In this document: in pieces, positions 24,601-36,874 of the stretch
Position numbering within the stretch: position 1 is the first letter of the stretch
Layout of the letters: each line of letters begins with the position of its first letter
DNA from: Pocillopora damicornis
Taxonomy: Eukaryota
Length of the DNA stretch: 64,000 nt
Assembly: GCF_003704095.1 (NCBI RefSeq)
Contig: NW_020847757.1
Span: 1-64,000, forward strand
Direction: 5' to 3'
Position numbers and translations under genes: made by a program
Notes under the pieces: generated by a model
Database searches by the model: none
What the model was told of the DNA's origin: nothing
What the model saw: the letters and a program-made list of their open reading frames with translations, nothing else

Positions 24601-24911
24601 GGGTATACTGTGATCAACACACCTGTGTAAAAGAAGTGTCCAAAAATGCTCTTTCAGTGCAAACATAGCATAAAGATCACAATAAGGAGGATATAAATAG
24701 TACGGATATCAAATTGCGAGTCACAATCAGCACCCACAGCTGAATCTTTACCTTTCACCATGCATGTGGAAAAATCCATATTTTGGGATACATCCTTTAT
24801 TCTAATGCATTGGTAGGTGTTTTCAATTTTCTCTATTGAGCAAGCATCTTCTAGAATTTGTACAATTGCATCTTCTTTTTGCTCGCGGGAAATGTTCAAA
24901 CTACCCGCCAT
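21687..24911 (-). CDS. POT1: Protection of telomeres protein 1, 4 exons, about 752 aa, with a ~190-aa N-terminal extension
   Basis: Exons 24911-24752, 24622-23914, 23557-23065 and 22583-21687 sum to 2259 nt. OB1: YTKLADIRANTTVNVFGVVKFFKSPFKTKGSDF and VGDIVRFH. OB2: LTLWDG, DNHVE, IVHGGTICGRG. C-terminal OB: FRCRVK, FVLEDDSG, WLELCIFSY, YRVFDS. Confidence 0.92.
23700..23890 (-). mobile_element. tRNA-related SINE-like repeat in POT1 intron 2
   Basis: Minus strand TGGCTCAGTGGTAGAGCA A-box. Related degenerate pieces at about 22710-22890 and 50455-50600. Confidence 0.6.
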
Positions 24912-25003
24912 TTTGGACAATCAGGATCTTGACAAGAATTCCTTTCGACGAAAGGCTTGAGCCATCAGTAATAGGAAGACTTGTCAGCGTATTCACATTT
25001 AAC

Positions 25004-28000
25004 ATGGCGGATTTGATTAACTTTATTTCAAAGAGGGAAATTGACGCGAAAAAAGAAGAAACTAGGAAAGCAAGAGAGCAAATCCTCAAAAAGGTAAGCC
25101 TCCTCGGTGGTTGATCAATAAAAATGCTTGAAAAATCGAGTCAGTCACGAAGAAATGCCTTCCACAGAAAAGCATCACGTATATCTTATCGAGTGCTTCT
25201 AAAAGTGCTTTTATTTGGCGCGTTAGACAACGGTTGAAGCATAGTTAAACGTTGATCTATCTTTCGTTCAGGCAAAAGGAGACTATGAGAGAGAGCAGTG
25301 GAAAAAGCAGAAGCGCATTGAGAGCGGAGAGACTTCGTGGATGTTACCATCCTTAAGCAATAGTTTGACAGTGGAGGACGACAGCCATAATGATAAGGTA
25401 GTGTACGTAGTTGTTGTCTCACTAACTGTGTTGTTTTCCTTCAGAACACTCATCAGAGTTCTTTATTCTTATTAGTGAAGTCCTTAATAATTATCAATGA
25501 AGTGAGTATGTAGCTGAAAGCTGAGGGAGGCTACTTACTACTAATATGATTTCTAGGAAGTATCCTCCTAATGGGATGTGTCGATAGAGAGGGTAGCACT
25601 TTCACGAATAAATTGAGTATAATGGGGTTGCATTTTCAATAGAGCTACTAGAATGGGGTCACACATCTTCAGGATTTTAGGAATAAGAAAATTCTGGAAT
25701 TTTGTCACCGTTGGCATTGCCAAACTTACATAAGATTGATTGTGTCTATCATTAGGGCTCCAAAGAATATACTATAATTTGGGGTAGGGGCTCTGAGAAG
25801 CCAATGGCACATACCTAGTAAAAAGTGATCAAACCCCCCCCCCTCCCCCGTCCCGCTAAGGCTAAAAGGCTTCAAATCACAACTTACCTGAAGGGTTGGA
25901 AGACTCACATGGCCATGTTAATATTGGTTTAAGTTATGCTTCTGATTAGCTGAGAGGATGGAGTAAGTTTTCTTGAAGAATCACAGAGCAAAGTTATTCA
26001 ATGGAAACATACTCTTTAGGGTGATCAAGATAATCTACATGACTGTTCTATTTTTGAAAGGATAAATCGAAAAAAAAGAAACACAGGAAAGAGAAGAAGC
26101 AAAAAAAGGACAAAAAGGAGAAGAAGGTAAGGATTCCTCAAGCACAGGCTTGGTATTCTACATTTGGCAATGCAAAGGTTACTCAACCTGTTATATAAAG
26201 GCTGCTTTATTAAAAGTCTCATCTCCATGATATCAGGATGAAACCCATTTTATATTACAATGTGTCCTGAGAGTCAGTAGGGTAGCAGAATAGCACATGA
26301 TCAGAGTGAACTTTTTTTTTTCACTTCTCTGTGACCAGTAAATCCTTTGACCCCAAGAGCGACTGTATTAATTTCTCTTTACAATATCACCCCAGATTCA
26401 AACATTAAGGTCATGATCACCAACTAAATAAACTCTTGGTTTTTAAACAAATTCTCCTTGTCAGCATTGTAGGAATGTATAGAGAACAGTATGGAGAATA
26501 TGCATAGTGATGTTAGAGTGTAAAGAGTTAAAATATAGCATGTTCTGTTTCATTATAGCACAAGAAGCAGAAGAAAGATACTAGTAAAGAAAACATGTCC
26601 TCAGATTCGGTAAGTGTCCATCACATGTTTTCTTTTCTTCCCTGATGAAGAGCCAACTATGTCACATGCTCATGTTCAATACCATTCCACTGCATCCTGC
26701 TGTAAAGAATATTCTGCTCACGTAAGGTTGTGCTCCCTCTCACCCATTTCCTTTGCCGTCACCTCTAGGAGTTACAATTAACTGTCAGAGATGTGAACAT
26801 GTAACTTCTCCCTACAATATCCACCATTATCCAGCAATCAGGGTATGAGAATACTCAGACTTATCAGGTAGAAGTTGTGTTGATCTAACATCAATTCCCA
26901 AAACTTAATTACAAGGAATTATGTGGCAGCTAGAAGGGAGAATTAACAATTAGATCTTGGGAGTTCAAGGGCTAATGTCAAATTGATGATGGAAAAATGT
27001 TGAAATTATTCAGTGTCTGCCAGAAAAACTATTTACCTCAACCATTGACACAGGTCTGTAAATAACATACCAGCACACCATTGACAAATTAAAATGTTTT
27101 GTTCTATCTTGTCTGGTAACTGTTTATTATTTGCAGGAGTCAGGAGATGAGTGGGTTGAAAAAGAAACAACTGATTCAGTTACATTGTCAAAACCAGGTG
27201 AAGTTCAGGTAAGTACTTTAAATTTAATGTGATTATTTTGGAATTAATTCTGAGCTTAAGGACAAGTTAATTTTGACTGATTGTGGTGGGAGCTACATTG
27301 AAAAGAAAATGCCTTATTTAAATTTAGAGGTCAAAGGTTGAGTGACGAACCCTGATACAAGAGTAAATATTGCAAAACAAGAGAGAAAATTGAATAAAGA
27401 GGCTCTTGTTTGGTAAACAAATTCTCTTTCTCAGCACCTCAGAAAATGTATAGAGAACAGTATAGAGAATATGCATACTGATGTTTGAGTGTGAAGGGTG
27501 AAGGAGTAACTTGTGTTTTCATTTGCAACAGGTAATGCAACAGCAGCGTGACAGCTGGATGCTGTGTCCACCAGTTACATCAAGCTCCCAAGACCCAGTG
27601 CATCAGGAGGAAGAAGAAGATAAGGGAAGCAAAGATGATGAGGAAACAGAAGCTCTGTCTTGCATTGATCGGGTAAGATAAAGGAACAATTTCTTATTTC
27701 AACTTAATACTCCTTTTTACATGATTTAATATGTGTAAAAAGGGTAGAAGGCTTTTATAAAGAGGGGAATAGGTATAAAAAAGGTTTGGTGAAAATGGTA
27801 ACAATGGAATTTTTTTTTTAAATTGTCTTAAACAAGGTTGATTGACATTTACTTATGTTCAAGACACGTAGCTGTTGTAACAGTAAAAGCGAGACATTAT
27901 CTTTTGAACAGTAAACTTTATTACACGAAAATAAGCTAACAGGATAACATATTAAAACTCAGGTGAAAGTGAAGGTGTAACTGATGAAAAAATGACAACA

Positions 28001-31000
28001 ACCTGACCAAAAGACACCAACGAGGGGGATGAGAAAAGAAAAGAAAAAATGAATTATTAAATGAAAAAATTCCAAAACTAATTAGGCAGCGTTTGAGTCA
28101 TATTACTACAGTCTGTAAAAAAGACTGAGGTCAAACTTATTTGAATTTATTTTAAACTGAAGCCATTTAGATCATGTCGACCGTTAAGAAGTAGTGACAT
28201 TCATTGTTATTATTATTGGCACTCATAGCCAGGACAGCATGCTAAAGAATTGAACCCATACTGGAGAGATGGAGGTACAGGCTTACCATCTGAGAGGAAG
28301 AGTTCACAGGACACCCATCACAAGGAAGGTAACAAAGCTTAGTTAACTCCTTACTAATAAAACCCTTTCACTCCCACAAGTGACAAAAAATTAAAATTTT
28401 CCTCTCAATATCAATACGTTTTCTAGCAGAAAGACGACGAGAAGTGAAAAAATTCTTAATCAGGGGACATTTTTTTCAGTCGCTTTGGTCGCAATTATAG
28501 AACATATGCTCTAACTGGATTAGAAAGGAGCAAATCTCGATCGAGTGTCGTAAAACAAAACCAAAGTTGTCATAGAGTGCTTTCGATTGAGTGTTATAAA
28601 ACCAAAACAAAAGTAACCACAACAGCCAACAACAGAGGAGAGGAAGATACCTTTTAAGAGCCAATGAAAACGTAACGTTAAGACAACCAAACTGCCAAAA
28701 GCGCGGGAAAACGCGTGACTGGTTTTAGTTTTGCATCTGATTGGTTGATAGAGTGGAGTGAGTTTTCTTGACCAATCACACAAGACGTAAAAACAAAGCA
28801 AACCTGGATTACTTTGGACTCTAAATCAAAATGCGTTCTATCTGCCATACAGGATAATAAAGATTATAGCTAGGAGTCCATCAATTTCAAATTAAAAGCA
28901 AGCAAACTACCTCCAGCGTTGGAAAGCGCAAATTACGAGTTGCAGTTGGCTTTAGTTCAGAAGCTAAGGATGCGATGATGGGACAATCGATAGGAAGCAA
29001 AATCAGTACTATACCTGACCAAAACAAACACTCCTTTCAAAGCTTTCTCTCATATGTGATGCAATCCTACATTAGGTGCTGTGCAAGACTCTTTTGAAGT
29101 GTCCTTTACGAAGGTGATCATGACGATACAAGAAAATGCTTGTTATTATCCTCTCTTAGGAAATGCCGGACATTCGTTTAGCAGCGCTTGGTTGAAGAGA
29201 GCTTATCAAAGGGCCAAAGATGAAGCTGAGGAAGAGGGCAAGAAATTGGCTGATATTGTCGCAAAAAGATACGGGGTTAGTCTTTTTTTGGTCAATTTAC
29301 AGGGTCTCAAGCTCAAATTTTGTCCAAGTCGTAATTTAGTGACGTTGTTTTAGTCCACAGAACAAAACTTGTGGAAAGTTGTCAGCAAAAGCCCGCATGG
29401 GAATTCGGAGACCAGTCAATTTATAAGCAGCTCATTTGATGTAGATCCAAATTTTGCAAATACCCCTTTTCCTGGCACTGATGGAAAATCCTTCTTTTTA
29501 TCTCCTTCATAATGTTAGTCTGTACAGAAACTGGAAGCTATGATCAAGGAGGCCGAGGATAGGTATTGCTTCTTTGTTTATTTAAACCTTTTTGGTTCAT
29601 GTATTTTGTAATCATTAAAAAAAAAAAAAAAAAGAAAAAAGAAAAATGGTTGGGCAAAGTTGTCTTCATCAGAAGGTGTACAGTATCGATTGCATGTCGT
29701 AAAACCAAACCAAAGAAACCGCAATGGCCAATCAGAACAAGAGAAAATATCACAAGTAACCACTGGGAACCCATGTCAAATGTACGATATCCGAGCGCAG
29801 GAAAACCCACATGATCCAGTCGCGATTGGTTTTATTTCTTATTGGGATTGATGGGGAGGATGATAAGTTATTTTCTTGACCAATCTCAGTGCACAAAACT
29901 CCTCTTTAGAAATAGTACTAACCGTGATTGAATTTCAGACGCTAAAGAGACAGGGTATCGATGCGACGGTTCTGATATGATTCTTTGTTTGATAACTTAG
30001 AGAAGAAAAGCTTAGAGGAGAGGAATCAAGGAAGAGGGACAGAGAGAGATACAGAGGCGATAGAGAAGGTAGAGACGATCGACATCGTGACAGAGACAAA
30101 GAATGGAGACGAAACCGGGACAGAAGTCCTATGGACAGATATTCTCGGGACAATGGAAAAACTTACAGGTCTACGAGGGAAGAAGATGAAAATAAATGGA
30201 GAAGAAGACCGGAACAAGAGGAGACAGGACGCGAGCGACCTAGAGATGATACAAACAGATTTGCACGTCCTGGCGACTTCGCCGGCGACAACAGGTACTG
30301 AGTTCTGTTGCTGTGATCTGTCACACAAATTCTGATATGAGCGCAGTGGTGACAAAATTCTGGCGAAGAGCCAAAGAGTTTCACTATAATTCCCTGGTCA
30401 TACGAGGGAAGCTGTCGCACGAACTTGTCATAAAGCTGGTACATATTGAGCAGCTTGCCGCAGAGACTAGTTGTTGCAAATTGTCCCTAAGAGTGACTGG
30501 CATCTAATTTCTCCTTAAAACATCACCCTTGAATAAAACACGAAGGTCACGAGAATAAAGAAAATGATTACTAAACAAGGAAGCTCTTGATTGTCAAACA
30601 AATTCTCCCTGTCAGCACCTCAGGAAGTGTGCAGAAAACAGTATGGAGAATATGCATGCTGATGTTAGGATGTGAAAGGTTAAAGGAGAAGTATGTTCCA
30701 CGAAATATACAATTTCGATCTTCGTCGTTTAAAAATATAGGAAATAGAATTCACTACTTTCCCGGTGTGCTATTCTTAAGCGAAAATTTGCCTCAAATGA
30801 GCAACTCAGTAATATGGACGAACACACAAAAGAAATGTGCGCGGTTCCCTGGAAATCGAAAAAAATTAGAAAAGATTGGCATGTTTCGAAGAGATTTCTA
30901 AGGGATAGAGAAAGGAGGTGCGAGATTTAGTTCTGACACAGAGAGAGAGAACACAGAGAGAGAGATAAGAGGTTGCCGAATCAAAAGAATCAGTAAGAAT

Positions 31001-34000
31001 CAAAATGTGTCCACGCTGTAAAATCTTGGGCACATTTAAAGATACTTTTTTGAAACGTTCGGCTGCTGTTTGGAATCTTAAAACGCTGCCAGAATCATGG
31101 TTTCATCTATAATTTTTAATGGCGGAGACTAAAGTAATATATGGTCTCTGGAGTGTAAATCTCCCAGGAAAGTCGACAATGAGGTTTTGAATTGTCATTC
31201 GTTCTCAAAATTTTCACAGGTCATCCTTCGTTGGTAAGTTTAAGCGTCCTGGCTCTTCGACATCCACACCTCAGAGGTCTTCAACTTGGGACTTCGACTC
31301 GAACAAAAACACGATTAAGGAAAGACACTCCTACGACAGACCAAGCTCCAGTTCCTCGGGCGGATGGAGAAAGAAGCCAGATATTGGAACTGAGAAGGGG
31401 TCGCCCCCACTGGAAGTAAAGCGCACCGAGGATAAGGAATCAGTTCCGGAAGTGAAACTGGAACCAGAAACAGACAGCAGCTCGAGCTCTGAGGAAGAAG
31501 TCGAAGAGAAAAAACCAGTTGTGATTCCTGCAAAGAAAATCACAGAAAAAGATTTGAATGACATTGGGGCGAAGATTGTTAAGGCGGAAATCATGGGAAA
31601 CGAGGTGAGCGTTGAAAATCTCAATATTTTGCCGGCTTCAATACATGAAAGTAGTTTCTTGAAGTGTAAGCTTTTCAGTAATAAAGTAGCCGACTTAAAC
31701 AACTTGACAGACTGTGCAAAGGGAAACGTGTTAGATTAAGAGGTCATTTCACGCAAGGCGATCCGTTCTTGCGACACACTGTTGTTGGGTTAGCGCTGTA
31801 GTGACAATTTAGCTTCGTGTGACGTGGAGAATTTCTTTGTTTATCTTTGTTCTCGCAATAGAATTTCGTCAAACTGCTTTCACCTCGTGTCTGTTCGCAG
31901 CGAGAAAATGATTTGCAGCGACTTGGAAATACATACTGAGGGCTTTGTTGCATAGATCTTTTCCAGCGACTTTCAACTCAAGAAAATGCTCAATTAATGC
32001 TGTCGTTTCAAATTTGCTGACATTTTTAGCTGCTTGGTTAGTTTTGCTTTTAATGGATGGACATCTTCCGAAAATTCCCCAGGATTTAGCAACTAAGTTG
32101 AAGGCCCAGCTGGAAGAAATGAGAAAAAACAAGAAACTTCAAGAAGCGCAAGTGGAAGGAAGCAGTACAACGGAGGAGCAGATGGTTTTATTAACACGAA
32201 CCGATGCGACAGGAAATGTGTGGCCAGTGGAAATGACAGCTGAGGAAACGAGGGGAGGACGAAAGAAGCGACGAAAGGTAAAAACATTAGGGAGAACTGC
32301 TAACTAAAAATTTTTGTTACACTTTCGTTTGTTGAAACATGCGAATGCCACTTCACAGTTTTTCCTTTATCTACCTTTCGTTGCCGTTCCTTAGTCAATA
32401 GTGTAGACGAGATATCTTCAATGAACACGTATGAGACTTTACAATATTTTTAAGGTTTTTTGATCCCTGAGGTTGTCGTGTTATGGTGTTTCGAGAATTC
32501 TACTGATTTTGAATGAGCTCCACAGCCCTTTTACTCCTAAGATCTGAATATGAATTCTCTGCACTGTCTACCATACGTTTCTTTTAACTGTAGCTCTGAG
32601 AATTCAGTGTGAAATCAAACAATATTCCTTTCTTGACATTTTCCTTTCTTCCCATCACCTCTCTGTTTGAAAAAGAGGTTTCATCGCGAGGAGAAATTTC
32701 TTTCTGCTCATTCTGGGAAGTCAAAGGTTTATAGAGTTTTTCTGTTGCCCATTGTGGAGTTGTTCACACTCGTAGTTGTTTGAGAGCTTGATTTAAAACA
32801 AAACCTGTAAACCGAAAAAGATCTTTTGACCGAACAGCTCTTTGGTATGTATCTATCATTGTTCTTACACAATGTAGGTAGCCACACATGGTAAGGAAGG
32901 CAAAAGAGAGAGGTACTTCGCAGATGACGACAATTATGATCTGAAGGAAATGGTGAGAAGAGAGAAAACGAACTCTGGACGAAATGATCCCATGATGGCA
33001 AAAATGTTCAAGGTAATCAAAGGCACGCAATNNNNNNNNNNNNNNNNNNNNNNNNNNNNNNNNNNNNNNNNNNNNNNNNNNNNNNNNNNNNNNNNNNNNN
33101 NNNNNNNNNNNNNNNNNNNNNNNNNNNNNNNCCGGATTCTCCTGGGTGGAGAGAGGCATGGTGAGAGTAAAGTGTTTTTCCCAAAAACACAACTCAGTGA
33201 CCCAGCCTGGTCTTGAACCCAGACCTCTCGACCCGCAGACCAGCGCAATGATCATCAACCCACCGTGTCTCCCATTAATGATGAAAATGAATTCGATGTG
33301 TTTTGCTGTTTATCATTTCATCCAGAACATAGACAGTTGGCTGCTCAACTTGCACGATGTCGCTTCTGTTTTGAGAACCCTGACATCGCCAAACATCTCA
33401 TTATTGCCATAGGACTCAAGGTGGGGTGAGCTGTGTGTTATTTTAGGCTTATCCCTGTACACCCTAACATCAGTATCCATATTCTCCTTGCTCTTCTCTA
33501 TACGTTTCCTTTATTACTACCAAGGAGAATTGGGTTAATAATCAGAGCTTCTTAGGTGGGTGATCGTTTTCTTTATTCTCATGATCGTAATGAATGACTC
33601 AGCAGTATTACTGTGAGGAGAAAGTAGGCGCTGGTCACTCTTAGGGTTCAGAGAGTTAAGGTAGGGCGTAATGTGCCTGTGCAGGTTAGCAGTAAGTAGC
33701 TACTGTGAGAAATGTTTTAGAATCAGAGACAATCTTTGATATTTTATGATGGGCCAAAACAAAATGGATAACTGTGAAGGAACCGACCTGGAGTCCATCG
33801 TGCGAACTGTTAGTCCACCTCGCCTACCGCATAAGAGATTGTTAAGAATCTTACTTCTCTTTATGTAGACTCGATTTCCGTCGGTTTCTTGAGTCCGGTC
33901 TTTCATCCCCCTCCCCCCGTGACGGGGGGGGGGGGGTAGGGTGAGTGCCGGCTCATTTCTCGAACAGCAGTTAGTAACGGAGTCCACTTTTCATGATGTC

Positions 34001-35814
34001 TACAAGAAAGTGTGTATTTTTCTAGGTTTACCTGGCGCTTCCTCTGCACGAGTCTCTCACAGAAGGTCATTGTCTCATCATTCCAATGCAGCACTGCTCT
34101 GCAGCTACCATGCTGGACGAAGACGTTTGGAGTGAAATTCAGGTTTGGTTTTGAAACGCTCGAATTTATTGGGATATTTAGAATTTTTAAACTTTTCCCA
34201 GATGGGCATTATCGGTTTATTTTTGGTATTCAACGCTTTTGCTATCTCCACACAGATTTACAAAAAAGGCCTCACGAGAATGTTTGAAGAAAAGGTAAGA
34301 AAACGTTAAGCTATCCACACTGTAACTAAGCCTTGAACTCCTGAGATCTCGATATCAATTCTCCTTTCTGTCCTCTATACATTTTCTATCACTTAAACGT
34401 TAAGAATTTGATTCTAAATCAAACAATTTCCTATTGTAGATAAATTTATTTCTTCTCATCACCTTTTTGGTTCATACTGTGTTGATGCTGTAATAGTTCA
34501 TGAGCCAAATCTCAAAAGAGACCTAGAAGGAGAAATTGCTTTTTCGGTCACTGTTGAGAAGGAAGGGGTCAAACCCGGATAAGGAGAATGCAACTGCTTC
34601 TAGTGATCTTTGACATTTGTCAATCAATTGGAAAGCTATCGATTAAGCCTTCTGAACGAAAGTTTTCAGGACAAAAAAATCTGCGGCATGGGCAAAGGAA
34701 AAGTATTCTCGACTTCCGGCAGCCTGTACGTCGTGAAAACGCTGTGCCCAAGCTCCCTGATTATCACCGATTACTGAAGAAATGTTTTATTCTCCTCAAT
34801 TGTGTGCCTGACTTTGAGTTGGGAGAAGTTGAATAGTCAATCTTATTTTACACAGGAGGAGGACGTGGTTTTTATAGAAACCCACAAACAGTTGCGGAAA
34901 CAGCATCACATGATTATCGAATGCATTCCTCTCCCCAAAGAAGTTGGAGATATGTCTCCCGTTTATTTTAAGGTGGGACCCTAAGCCTAATGATTAAAAG
35001 AACCTGTCCAATTCTACAAAAGACTTTCGACTGCGCTTTGGAAATCATTCACAAAATCTTCCATTTTTCAAATATTGATCTTCAATGTTTAAAAATAACT
35101 TTAAAGTTTAAATGCTTACGTGGAATCAAGGAATCTAAGAGAGCAAGCGTATTTCTTTGAAGCTCGAACCGTTTCGAAACTGCAACAAGCGACGGAAGTA
35201 GTCATGGCTCTCCATGGACAGGGCTCCAATGTTATAACAAATTGGCTAGTGGACTCCAGAAACTGGCCCACTTTTGCATGTCCAATGTTTGACCGCTGTG
35301 CCATGCTTCGCTTCGTGATTTACCTCACGATTATGAACCCGAAGTCGCTTTGAAAACCAGCCGTTCTGGCAAGTAAAAGAGTCTTGGCACATAATTGCCA
35401 CAAATAGATTGCGTGTGTGTGTGTGTGTGTGTTAGGTTTACGTCGTTAATTTCTAATAAATCTCATTTGTTTTCCTTCAAACAGAAAGCCATTTTGGAAT
35501 CGGACACAGAATGGGCACAAAACGTGAAATTGGTGGACACAAGGAAGAAAGGACTGCGTGTATCAATTCCTAAGGGTCTTCCATATTTCAGCGTCGAGTT
35601 CGGACTGGATGGGGGATTTGCACATGTCATCGAGGACGAAGCGCTGTTTCCTTTATATTTCGGCAAAGAAATTATCGGGGGTATGCTCGACCTTGAGCCG
35701 CAGAGATGGAGAAATCCGCGGCGTGAGAACTTTGAGCATCACAAGAGAAAGGTGCTGCAATTTGCAGACTGGTGGAAACCTTACGACTGGACACGAAAGA
35801 TAGAAAGAGATTGA
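25004..35814 (+). CDS. CWF19L2: CWF19-like protein 2 (CwfJ domains), at least 19 exons, one or more hidden in the gap
   Basis: Exons 25004-25093, 25272-25397, 26061-26126, 26559-26609, 27137-27208, 27532-27672, 28229-28328, 29160-29275, 29519-29562, 30001-30294, 31220-31604, 32083-32277, 32878-33012, [gap], 33326-33420, 34026-34142, 34256-34294, 34856-34972, 35485-35814. Motifs: [75 protein letters not shown]. Confidence 0.93.
28520..28830. repeat. Dispersed CCAAT-rich repeat family
   Basis: gagccaatgaaa...gcgcgggaaaacgcg...ttttgcatctgattggttg...tcttgaccaatcac. Related copies at about 29680-29890, 35925-36130 and 46340-46550. Confidence 0.65.
33032..33131. other. Assembly gap (100 N)
   Basis: Run of n. 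The flanking CWF19L2 exons are out of phase with each other (0 then 1). Confidence 0.99.
33135..33275 (-). mobile_element. SINE fragment beside the gap
   Basis: Minus strand gcgctggtctgcgggtcgagaggtctgggttcaagaccaggctggg (B-box-like GGTTCAAGAC) followed by gtgttgtgtttttgggaaaaacactttactctcac. Confidence 0.6.
35412..35432. repeat. (GT)n microsatellite
   Basis: gtgtgtgtgtgtgtgtgtgt in the last CWF19L2 intron. Confidence 0.9.
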
Positions 35815-36874
35815 AAGATGTCGTCTAAAATTATATACACGGGATCAAGTGTGCTTTCCAGAGAGACTCAGTCTCTAGTCTCAGATAAGAGACACGAGAA
35901 GCCTCGGTGGAAGGAGTCAAGTTATATTCAGTCGAGTGTCTTTAGCCCAAACGCAAAGTAAACACAACAGCCAGTAAGATAGGAAAGAGTCTGAAGGAGC
36001 CGATGAGAACTCATAATGAAAACAAGTGAGTTGCCTAAAGCGTGAGAAAACGCGAGTGGATAATTTCTCTTGGTTGTAGATTTGATCTGATCGGTGAAGA
36101 GGGTGGCATGATTCACTCAGCTGGGTGAAGCAAGACCACTTAAACACACAAGTCGCTCTTCAAATGCGCCTAGTTATCAGTGCACAGTGCATAACGAGAC
36201 ATGAAAGCCTTGGGAAATGTGACCCTCGGACAATTGGTTTAGAATTAAACCAGGACAGAAGGATTCAATTTATTTATTGCTCGGTACATCGAGTCTATCG
36301 AAAAAAAAGAATCTGGCGAATTTTAATTATAATCAGAGTTCACACCGCTTGAAATAGACATTTGCTAAATTAACAATGTTAATGAAACTTTGAACAGCGA
36401 CAGCATTGAAATAGGCTGTTTATTTCCTTGTGATCTAATTTTTTTCTGCATAAAAGAATGTAGCATGAAGCGCAAACCTCTATCCCATTCTTTTTCCGGT
36501 GGATGAGGGCAACGCGGCCTTAGGGAACGAGAATTCATGTACAATTCATCATGCGCTTGTCGATTTTAAATATCTTCGGTTTTATAAAACATACAGTATT
36601 TCCCGTGACAGAAGTGAATTACTTTGTAAAGAAACAAAATGTGAAAAAAATTTTAATGCGAGATAGTTAAAAACAGCGATTCGAAACACATGAAGTTCAG
36701 CGCTTTTGAGAATTTGCTTTGACATGAATAATATTGCGAGACCTTACCGAATACCTGTCCCTCGACAGTTCGATTATCGCCAATAATTTCACGGAAAGCT
36801 GTGACGCTTTAAAATAACTTAAAGATAGTATCATTGTTTTTCTTTTCGGTACCTCACCAAACGGTAATTTTCCA

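Noticed and set aside
29935-30444. Overlapping ORFs around CWF19L2 exon 10
   Set aside because: Shadows of the purine-rich Arg/Asp/Glu exon.
32764-33258. ORFs spanning the N run
   Set aside because: Artefacts of translating the gap and the adjacent SINE.
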